Below, in pieces: positions 1-6,395 of a stretch of 41,726 nt of DNA. Source of the stretch: a virus. Lineage: Duplodnaviria > Caudoviricetes. The stretch lies in IMG/VR virus record IMGVR_UViG_3300017747_002533, positions 1-41,726 of that record; one strand, written 5' to 3'. A model generated the notes under the pieces. The model ran no database searches and had not been told where the DNA came from. It saw only the letters and a program-made list of their open reading frames with translations. Each line of letters begins with the position of its first letter. Position 1 is the stretch's first letter. The position numbers and the translations under genes were made by a program.

Positions 1-28
1 ATGGGAGGACCATCATCGGTAATTATTT

Positions 29-103
29 TCCCTCATGGCGCAGCGGTAGCGCAGTTGACTGTTAATCAATTGGTCGGTGGTTCGAATCCATCTGAGGGAG
101 CCA
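29..103 (+). tRNA. tRNA-Asn(GUU)
   Basis: Acceptor TCCCTCA/TGAGGGA, anticodon arm GTTGA-ct GTT aa-TCAAT, T-loop TTCGAAT, encoded CCA. Confidence 0.95.
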
Positions 104-230
104 GAACGAGCCCTTTAGCGTTGAAACAGACTAGGGTGATGGTAAATGATTCTCTCCTATCCTGCAGGACTAATAGGAGACGCTTAAATAGCCATCCGTC
201 GCCAGACTACGATAGTGTCTGGAGCTTTTC
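104..230 (+). ncRNA. candidate structured RNA filling the Asn-Val tRNA spacer
   Basis: Ends pair (104-111/224-230). Inner helices are GATGGT/GCCATC (138-143/191-196), TCTCCTAT/ATAGGAGA (153-160/173-180) and CCAGAC/GTCTGG (202-207/217-222). Confidence 0.45.
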
Positions 231-306
231 GCGGGATTAGCTCAGTGGTAGTAGCGTCTGCTTTACACGCAGAATGTCGGGAGTTCGACCCTCTCATCCC
301 GCACCA
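231..306 (+). tRNA. tRNA-Val(UAC)
   Basis: GCGGGAT/ATCCCGC acceptor, TCTGC-tt TAC ac-GCAGA, CCA end. Confidence 0.95.
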
Positions 307-309
307 GTT

Positions 310-429
310 TGCCAGCAATAGAGTCATGAATCTATTGCGTCGTTGGTCTAACGGACAATGATTTCCTACCAGTGCTTCCTGATCAGTTGCATGTGGGAAG
401 ATGTGGGTTCGAATCCCACACGACAGGCA
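310..429 (+). ncRNA. tRNA-like RNA with a hairpin inserted in the acceptor stem and an extended anticodon arm
   Basis: Canonical T-arm GTGGG-TTCGAAT-CCCAC (403-419), D-arm-like 346-362, split acceptor (310-313/426-429 and 339-343/420-424), no 7-nt anticodon loop, no CCA. Confidence 0.6.
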
Positions 430-436
430 TTAATTC

Positions 437-512
437 GGGGACATAGCTCAGTTGGGAGAGCGATTGCTTTGCAAGCAATAGGTCTGCGGTTCGATCCCGC
501 ATGTCTCCACCA
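437..512 (+). tRNA. tRNA-Ala(UGC)
   Basis: GGGGACA/TGTCTCC with G3:U70, ATTGC-tt TGC aa-GCAAT, CCA. Confidence 0.95.
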
Positions 513-518
513 TTATAA

Positions 519-710
519 AAACGAGTCGGTAGAAGTCCGTTTATTGGGTTGTTGACCCTACTCGTTTGAGTTATCGTATCTAGCAGACGTGCGAAAGCTC
601 GTTGAAGGTGAATAGGGAAGTCGCGCTCCCGAAAAACTGGAGAGTTGATACGATAACAAATAACGGTTGGTCGCGGTAAATAGACCCGACGGGAGCCACG
701 GTTAGCTCCC
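519..710 (+). ncRNA. candidate structured RNA(s) in the Ala-Thr tRNA spacer
   Basis: AAACGAGT/ACTCGTTT three-way junction (519-567), perfect 11-bp stem GTTATCGTATC/GATACGATAAC (570-580/647-657) enclosing a GAAA tetraloop hairpin, and a GGGAGC/GCTCCC hairpin (691-710). Confidence 0.45.
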
Positions 711-718
711 ACAGTTTC

Positions 719-794
<76 letters not shown>

Positions 795-798
795 GTTT

Positions 799-890
799 GG
801 GCGTGGGTGTTGGTACACAGGGAGAGCTTATACCTCTTCTAGCGGCAGATTACCGTTCTCGACAGGGTTCGAATCCTTGCACGCCTACCA
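799..890 (+). tRNA. non-canonical tRNA, anticodon UAU (nominal Ile), long variable arm, minimal D-loop
   Basis: GGGCGTG/CACGCCT-A-CCA; D-stem GTGT/ACAC with 4-nt loop; GGAGAG-ct TAT ac-CTCTTC; V-arm AGCGG/CCGTT; T-arm CAGGG-TTCGAAT-CCTTG. Confidence 0.8.
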
Positions 891-893
891 GAA

Positions 894-1042
894 TTCGATG
901 AGCAGAGTAGACACACGGTTTATCAGTACGTATCCGAGGGTTGATACCTCTGGGTGCTAGACGAGGTCGGGAGTGTCTCCAGGAGCGCGTAACCTTGGGA
1001 ACCCGTGCTCTGAAAAGGATAGCGCTGTCCGTTCTCATCGAA
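894..1042 (+). ncRNA. candidate multibranched ncRNA between tRNA(UAU) and tRNA-Gly
   Basis: Closing stem TTCGATGAG/CTCATCGAA; inner AGACAC/GTGTCT (909-914/973-978), GAGCGCG/CGTGCTC (983-989/1004-1010) and GGATA/TGTCC (1017-1030). Confidence 0.5.
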
Positions 1043-1049
1043 CTTATTT

Positions 1050-1124
1050 GCGGGTATAACTCAGGGGTAGAGTGTCAGCCTTCCAAGCTGTTCGTCGCAG
1101 GTTCGAATCCTGTTGCCCGCTCCA
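1050..1124 (+). tRNA. tRNA-Gly(UCC)
   Basis: GCGGGTA/TGCCCGC-T-CCA, CAGC-ct TCC aa-GCTG. Confidence 0.95.
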
Positions 1125-1162
1125 GCTTTAACAAATAGAAAAACAATAGGAATTTTAATTTC

Positions 1163-1630
1163 ATGAAATTTGTAATACTTGATAATGTTTTCGAAGAAAA
1201 AATTAGAAACAATTTAAATAATTTCGCCTATAAAGGCACAAACTGGTATAATTTAAATTCTAATTTTGAACAAGAAAAATTATTAGAGATAGCATCAAAA
1301 TATTTCGATCTATCTAAAATGGTTGGGTATGAAATGAGGAGTAATACGAATTCAGGTTATGCTCCATCTTGGCATTATGATAAAGATGAAAAATTATTTC
1401 GTGAAAAATCTATTTTATCTTTTCCGCTGTGTAGTATAGTTTATTATTCAGAAGTAACTAATTTACAAGGTGGAGATTTTATAACAGAAAATATTGCTCT
1501 AAGACCTATAACGAATAGAGCAATATTTTTTTCTCCTGGAATATATCATCATGTATTTCCATATAGCGGCGTTAGGAAAACAATTAGTATAAATCCATGG
1601 AATATTATTCCGTCGTCATACTCTCAGTAA
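1163..1630 (+). CDS. 2OG-Fe(II) oxygenase superfamily protein
   Basis: HxD (WHYDKD), GG..F, NR.IFF..G..H and distal R (GVRKTISIN); visibly AT-rich. Confidence 0.75.
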   Translation: MKFVILDNVFEEKIRNNLNNFAYKGTNWYNLNSNFEQEKLLEIASKYFDLSKMVGYEMRSNTNSGYAPSWHYDKDEKLFREKSILSFPLCSIVYYSEVTNLQGGDFITENIALRPITNRAIFFSPGIYHHVFPYSGVRKTISINPWNIIPSSYSQ

Positions 1631-2195
1631 GACCAACATTGCTGTCAAAAAACAATGAAACTGTAAAACGATATTGTGGTGCAAGTTTAGATTGTGGTCT
1701 TAAAGAGTGCGGTATACCGCCGTCAAAAATTATAACTCTACCTGGTTTGTAAATTGAAGTATAAACTACTTCCGAAACTTCTTCATTAAAAAATAATGTT
1801 TCGCCAGCCCATTCTTCTTTCCATTGAGGATTAGCATAGTAAAGTAATGTTGTGTTTTTATGTGGATGAGCAAAATAAGTATCAGTAGGCATAGAAAGAT
1901 TTACTGTTGCGCCTATTCTAGGATCAAGAATTTTACCTTCTAAAAGGTTTTTTATTTTTTCAACTTCGCATGCTTTTTCTAACATTTTCATATGAGCAAC
2001 GTCTTCAAAATTATACCTCGAATGAAGATATAAATGCTGTGCGTTGTGAGGATCTTCTTGATCGTTCCAACCGATTGTAAAATGAGATTTAAGTAAGAAT
2101 TGAAATGTTGTTCTTCGCCACGCCATTTCAAACACATCATCAAATACGAATATCTTTTTACCACGATCAACAGTTATTTCTGTACATCTAGCCAT
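1605..2195 (-). CDS. 2OG-Fe(II) oxygenase (prolyl-4-hydroxylase-like)
   Basis: LLYYAN..W..EW.GET.F, PGRVIIFDG.IPH, YRFTVS motifs typical of phage 2OG oxygenases. Confidence 0.8.
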   Translation of the reverse strand: MARCTEITVDRGKKIFVFDDVFEMAWRRTTFQFLLKSHFTIGWNDQEDPHNAQHLYLHSRYNFEDVAHMKMLEKACEVEKIKNLLEGKILDPRIGATVNLSMPTDTYFAHPHKNTTLLYYANPQWKEEWAGETLFFNEEVSEVVYTSIYKPGRVIIFDGGIPHSLRPQSKLAPQYRFTVSLFFDSNVGLTESMTTE

Positions 2196-2244
2196 ATTAA
2201 ATTAACTCCAATTGTTAGATATAACTATATATTATTTACGTTTC

Positions 2245-2321
2245 GCGCTTGTGACGGAATTGGTATACGTATTGGTCTTAGAAACCAAGTTTTGGGAGTT
2301 CGAGTCTCTCCAGGCGCACCA
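2245..2321 (+). tRNA. tRNA-Leu(UAG), short variable loop
   Basis: GCGCTTG/CAGGCGC-A-CCA, TTGGT-ct TAG aa-ACCAA, Leu-type D-loop, only GTTTT between the anticodon and T arms. Confidence 0.9.
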
Positions 2322-2392
2322 TATACTAAATAGTGATACTGGATTTGCTATGATGTTGATGACTTATAATCGTCCACACATAGGAGATCCAA

Positions 2393-4363
2393 ATGAGAAA
2401 GATTCTAGCGGCTTTTGCTGCTCTGTTTTCGCTTACTACAGTCGCGCTTGCCGATAACGTCCTCATCCTTGGCGGAGAGGGCGATTCTCACGTTTCCGTC
2501 AAAACAGAACTCGAGGCTAAGGGACACACTGTCACCTATCAGGCTGGCACAGGTAGCCCTGGCGATCTTGCTGGCTATCAGCAGGTCTGGGATATGCGTT
2601 ATGGCACCGCGCTGTCAGCTGACGACATGGCGAAGTACGACGCATTCCTGAAGAACAGAGGATACCTGTATCTGTCTGGCGAGCATGCTGGATTCGCAGT
2701 CAGAAACAACAGTATCAGTTCATTTACAAGTTCTCTAGGCGGTGGCACAATCACCGTCGGTGGCAGCCCACTAAACAATCAGACTGGTAACGGAACATAT
2801 TTCCCTAATGGCGAAACAGTAGACTTCGCAGCTGCAGCAACTATCACCAGTGATGGTGGTCGCGTTCTTTCTGCTGACGGTAGCGGAAACGCAACCGCAA
2901 AGATGTGGATTGGTAACGCTGGCGATCTTGGTGCAACATACAACGGTACAGTCGTTGTAGTCGCAGATATCAACTGGACGCAAAGCGCATTCTACGATGC
3001 CAACAACGAAGCGTTTTTGGAACAACTGATCAACGGTATCGTTGCAGGTACTGTTGGTGGCACGATCAGCAATAGCGGAAATGGTGCTGCTGGCGGTGGA
3101 TCTACAGTAACAATCACTGGCGCTGATGGATCAGTTACACGAGTTGTCACAACAGCTACAGGCACACCAGTTGTTACAACACAAACGACAATCGGAACAA
3201 CAACTCGTTCAACAGCTGTTACATACGGAACACCAGTATCTTCTTCTGTCAACAGCGATGCTGCTGCTCGTGATAAGAAGAACGTCAGCGTTACTCGTAC
3301 AGTCACAACAACGACTGTTACGCCAGTGACGACAACACATACTGACACAACTCCAGTAACAACTGTAACAACTACAACAACGCCTACTGTAACAACTGTA
3401 ACAACAACTCCTGTCACGACCATCACAAAGTCTGACGGAACAACTGAAACAGTAAATGGTACACCAGTTGTAAACACATACACATCCTATACAGCTGCAA
3501 ATCAAACAACAGTTGCGAATGTAGTTGAAACGACTGCAGTAAATTCTTCCACAACAGCTGTAGCAAGCACCAACTCTACAAAGAGTGCTTCCATTCTTGG
3601 TACAAGAGACGCAATCGCTTCTCGTAACATGAATCTGTTTGCAGTAGATGCTCTTGGTGCTAAGGATGGCGTATGGGCGTCACCTACAGCTCGTTACACG
3701 CAGACCGTAGGCAACTATCGTATCGGCGGAATCGCTGGCGGATATCAGACGACTGTAGATAACAACTCGTTTGGTTTCGCTGCATACTATGAGATGGGAG
3801 AAAGCAAAGACTTCCTGAATTCCTCAACGGATCAGAAGTCGTACGGCGCTCTCGTATATGCTCTGACGAAGCAAGATTATGCTTGGTTCCGCGTCGCGAT
3901 TGGTGCGTCGCAGAGTGAATATAAGAACAGAACGTCGATTCCTGAATTTGCTCTCATCAACTCATCTAGAGTGAAGCAGAACAACTTCTATGCCGATGTC
4001 GCTGCATATGCGCCAGAAACATATGCTGGTTTCCGACCAGTTGTCGGTGTGATTGTCAACGATAGCATGATTGCTTCCGCGTCTGAGTATGGTTCGTTGC
4101 TCCTCTCGACGATACCAAATGCAGACTCGACGATCAAGGCTATGCCATATGCTGGTACACGATTTGAGATTGATGAAGACGTGGCTGCAGAACTTCGTGT
4201 TATCCAGTCGCCCGACTTCAAAACTGTTATAAGTACAAGAGGGACGGTGAAGAAGGAAATTTACGATGGAATCTTCATTGATCTTTCAGCAGGATTCGAC
4301 AAAGGCGTATCAGTAGACTATAATAATGCTGTTGGTAAGGCTGGTCTAAAAGTAAAGTTCTAA
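2393..4363 (+). CDS. autotransporter-like secreted protein (signal peptide, globular N-domain, Thr-rich stalk, C-terminal beta-barrel)
   Basis: Sec signal MRKILAAFAALFSLTTVALA; Thr/Val-rich region about 3100-3590; C-terminal amphipathic strands ending GLKVKF (BAM-type terminal Phe); RBS AGGAG. Confidence 0.7.
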   Translation: MRKILAAFAALFSLTTVALADNVLILGGEGDSHVSVKTELEAKGHTVTYQAGTGSPGDLAGYQQVWDMRYGTALSADDMAKYDAFLKNRGYLYLSGEHAGFAVRNNSISSFTSSLGGGTITVGGSPLNNQTGNGTYFPNGETVDFAAAATITSDGGRVLSADGSGNATAKMWIGNAGDLGATYNGTVVVVADINWTQSAFYDANNEAFLEQLINGIVAGTVGGTISNSGNGAAGGGSTVTITGADGSVTRVVTTATGTPVVTTQTTIGTTTRSTAVTYGTPVSSSVNSDAAARDKKNVSVTRTVTTTTVTPVTTTHTDTTPVTTVTTTTTPTVTTVTTTPVTTITKSDGTTETVNGTPVVNTYTSYTAANQTTVANVVETTAVNSSTTAVASTNSTKSASILGTRDAIASRNMNLFAVDALGAKDGVWASPTARYTQTVGNYRIGGIAGGYQTTVDNNSFGFAAYYEMGESKDFLNSSTDQKSYGALVYALTKQDYAWFRVAIGASQSEYKNRTSIPEFALINSSRVKQNNFYADVAAYAPETYAGFRPVVGVIVNDSMIASASEYGSLLLSTIPNADSTIKAMPYAGTRFEIDEDVAAELRVIQSPDFKTVISTRGTVKKEIYDGIFIDLSAGFDKGVSVDYNNAVGKAGLKVKF

Positions 4364-4389
4364 TTTTACACTTTACAAGAAAACGAACT

Positions 4390-4465
4390 GCTGTAATAGC
4401 TCAGTTGGTAGAGCAACTGATTAGTAATCAGTAGGTCGGGAGTTCGAATCTCTCTTACAGCACCA
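4390..4465 (+). tRNA. tRNA-Thr(AGU)
   Basis: GCTGTAA/TTACAGC-A-CCA, ACTGA-tt AGT aa-TCAGT. Confidence 0.9.
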
Positions 4466-4474
4466 TAAAAAGTA

Positions 4475-4518
4475 GCCGAACGACGTCTTTTGTAGAAGTA
4501 TTCGTTCGGCGTCTTTTT
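4475..4518 (+). terminator. putative intrinsic terminator
   Basis: GCCGAACGA/TCGTTCGGC inverted repeat followed by GTCTTTTT. Confidence 0.5.
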
Positions 4519-4522
4519 CAGC

Positions 4523-4551
4523 TTGACTTATAAGTAAACATAATATATACT
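4523..4551 (+). promoter_or_regulatory. sigma70-type promoter
   Basis: TTGACT-N17-TATACT just upstream of tRNA-Trp. Confidence 0.7.
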
Positions 4552-4562
4552 AACAAAATAGT

Positions 4563-4636
4563 ATCGCATAAGTGTTACGGAAGCACACCGATCTCCAAAA
4601 TCGAGGGCGTAGGTTCGACTCCTACATGCGGTGCCA
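4563..4636 (+). tRNA. tRNA-Trp(CCA)
   Basis: ATCGCAT/ATGCGGT-G-CCA, CGAT-ct CCA aa-ATCG, T-arm GTAGG-TTCGACT-CCTAC. Confidence 0.88.
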
Positions 4637-4638
4637 TT

Positions 4639-4728
4639 GGAGAGGTGGCAGAGTCTGGCTGATTGCGCCTGTCTTGAAAACAGATATACCGCGAGGTATC
4701 GGGGGTTCGAATCCCTCCCTCTCCGCCA
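4639..4728 (+). tRNA. tRNA-Ser(UGA)
   Basis: GGAGAGG/CCTCTCC-G-CCA, loop ct TGA aa, long V-arm. Confidence 0.95.
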
Positions 4729-4745
4729 CTACTAGGAGCTTTGTT

Positions 4746-5018
4746 ATGTCTAATGTGATTCAGTTTCCTGTAAAAACAAAAGACGAGTTTTATCTCGACG
4801 ACAGCGAACTTGTTAATACCGAATATGCTTATATCAACGATGATCTAGTCAAGAAACCTATGAATGGACGAGAATACCTCGTGATTTGTAAAGCATACCT
4901 CACAAAACAGGAATACGAGTCTGTTTTGTGTGGAATTATGGATATCGATTATTATAACGATATTCCAAAGCATCTTCGGGACATCGTAAATGCTTACTTT
5001 AGCTTCCCCGAACTATAA
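4746..5018 (+). CDS. hypothetical protein (90 aa; start trimmed from ORF 4572)
   Basis: AGGAG RBS before ATG 4746; the upstream part of the track ORF overlaps tRNAs. Confidence 0.7.
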   Translation: MSNVIQFPVKTKDEFYLDDSELVNTEYAYINDDLVKKPMNGREYLVICKAYLTKQEYESVLCGIMDIDYYNDIPKHLRDIVNAYFSFPEL

Positions 5019-5021
5019 ATA
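5014..5021 (+). promoter_or_regulatory. T4-type late promoter
   Basis: TATAAATA upstream of the omp gene. Confidence 0.7.
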
Positions 5022-5163
5022 GTATACTCATGATGGAAACTATACGTGAGTATATCATTACCTTTTTTATGTGTACTTGGATCTCGTTACTAGCGCTAGC
5101 AATAGTTCTAGTTTCCGAGTACTATTTTGGTGTGACTATCGTTAACAAATAAGGAGAAAATAA

Positions 5164-5700
5164 ATGCAAAAGACTATCGTAGCGGCGCTTGCAATTCTTG
5201 CGTCGGCTTCAGTTGCTTCGGCTTCTGATATCCCAAGCAAGAAGGCTCCAGCTGCACCAGCACCTGTGTTCACACAGGCTCAGTACTACGTTGGTGGTAA
5301 TGTTGGTGGCAACATCGGAGATGCACGTGTCTACTCTGGTGGTGCTGTTGCTGGCTGGAACGTCCTTCCGTTCCTCGCAGTAGAGGGTACATATGATTTC
5401 ACTCGCCCTGATGCAAAGGTTGACGGCAAGTGGAATTATGGCAACACATTCGCTGCCAATATCGTACCACAGTACAAGATTCCAGGAGTTGATGTCACCG
5501 TATATGGTATCGGTGGTGTTGGCTATCGCTGGAATACTCAGGCTGCTGACTATTCCATTTACAACGTCGGTCTAGGTGCCAAGTACGCGATCAGCAATAC
5601 TCTTGATCTCGACGCACGTTATCGTCGGATTGACGGTATCGAAAAGGCAAATCGTAACGCGGAAGATCGTGTTACCGCTGGCGTAAACTATAAGTTCTGA
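5164..5700 (+). CDS. outer membrane 8-stranded beta-barrel protein (Omp25/RopB-like)
   Basis: Signal peptide then ASDIPSKKAPAAPAP (alphaproteobacterial ADLP..KAP pattern), YVGGNVG first strand, C-terminal GVNYKF. Confidence 0.85.
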   Translation: MQKTIVAALAILASASVASASDIPSKKAPAAPAPVFTQAQYYVGGNVGGNIGDARVYSGGAVAGWNVLPFLAVEGTYDFTRPDAKVDGKWNYGNTFAANIVPQYKIPGVDVTVYGIGGVGYRWNTQAADYSIYNVGLGAKYAISNTLDLDARYRRIDGIEKANRNAEDRVTAGVNYKF

Positions 5701-5725
5701 TTTTAAATATCAGCTAAAACATAAC

Positions 5726-5760
5726 AATGGGCGTGGACTTAACTGTTCCACGCCCATTTT
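5726..5760 (+). terminator. intrinsic terminator
   Basis: AATGGGCGTGGA/TCCACGCCCATT stem with T-run. Confidence 0.8.
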
Positions 5761-5792
5761 CTATATCTAAACCTTGACCATAAAAAAAGTCC

Positions 5793-5821
5793 TTGCTTTA
5801 ATTTCCTGGTCGGGCTATAAT
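5793..5821 (+). promoter_or_regulatory. sigma70-type early promoter
   Basis: TTGCTT-N17-TATAAT with upstream A-tract. Confidence 0.7.
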
Positions 5822-5845
5822 TGTATTATGGAAAAGGAGAAAGTG

Positions 5846-6061
5846 ATGAACGCAGAAAAGTACGCCGAGCTTAACGAGACCGTCCGTAAGGTTACGGACA
5901 CGATGATAAAGAACGAAGGTTACGCCTACGCTGCTGGGTACCTACAGTCGGTCCTGATTGACGTAATCAATCGTTACGTTAAAGATGACTTGGACTTGAG
6001 TATGATCCAAATTCGTCTTTTTGCCGATGGGATTCATAACAACCTTGACTATATGAAGTAA
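5846..6061 (+). CDS. hypothetical protein (71 aa)
   Basis: AAGGAG RBS before ATG 5846, downstream of the promoter. Confidence 0.65.
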   Translation: MNAEKYAELNETVRKVTDTMIKNEGYAYAAGYLQSVLIDVINRYVKDDLDLSMIQIRLFADGIHNNLDYMK

Positions 6062-6069
6062 ACATAGTG

Positions 6070-6133
6070 AAGGTAAGGCTCTAGCTTTACCTTAACTATA
6101 CGCTTTACCTAGACCGAAGCGTATAGTTAAGGT
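6070..6133. repeat. overlapping inverted repeats including a perfect 17-bp palindromic arm
   Basis: ACCTTAACTATACGCTT (6089-6105) / AAGCGTATAGTTAAGGT (6117-6133); alternative hairpin 6070-6093; GCTTTACCT repeated twice. Confidence 0.85.
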
Positions 6134-6156
6134 TAAGTAAAGTAAGGACGTATAGA

Positions 6157-6345
6157 ATGAACATCAACGATCTAATAGCGCTCGCAGAGCGTTTAGAGAG
6201 CCTTAGACGCCGATCGGTAACCTTCGGTAAGGATAAGGCGGATATCCTAGAAGAGCTTGACTATATCGCCCGAGATCTCCGTAGTCAAGCTGATAGTATA
6301 GCTGACGATATAGCGGCTCAAGCGGAGCAATACGATTTCGCTTGA
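6157..6345 (+). CDS. hypothetical protein
   Basis: ORF with AAGGA RBS, helical/acidic. Confidence 0.6.
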   Translation: MNINDLIALAERLESLRRRSVTFGKDKADILEELDYIARDLRSQADSIADDIAAQAEQYDFA

Positions 6346-6370
6346 CATTATTCGTCGCCCGCGCTATACT
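6342..6370 (+). promoter_or_regulatory. sigma70-type promoter
   Basis: TTGACA-N17-TATACT. Confidence 0.75.
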
Positions 6371-6395
6371 TGGTTGTTAACTTGAGGGGAAAGCT

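Noticed and set aside
363-399. Group I or canonical intron in a tRNA anticodon loop
   Set aside because: The extra sequence is only about 16 nt, far too short for a self-splicing intron, and it would not explain the acceptor-stem insertion
570-657. SAM-I riboswitch or hammerhead ribozyme
   Set aside because: The TTATC/GATAA stem is reminiscent, but the GCAAC core and the CUGANGA core are absent, and no gene lies directly downstream
2992-3505. Val-rich and Cys-rich minus-strand ORFs
   Set aside because: Antisense shadows of the Thr-rich ACN repeats of the autotransporter
2245-4728. Possible stop-codon suppressor or selenocysteine tRNAs (TAG and TGA seen in anticodon loops)
   Set aside because: Anticodons TAG and TGA read CUA (Leu) and UCA (Ser). 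No CTA/TCA/TTA anticodon is present, and TAG and TGA both end genes normally (e.g. 20013, 30803, 5700), so there is no sign of recoding.
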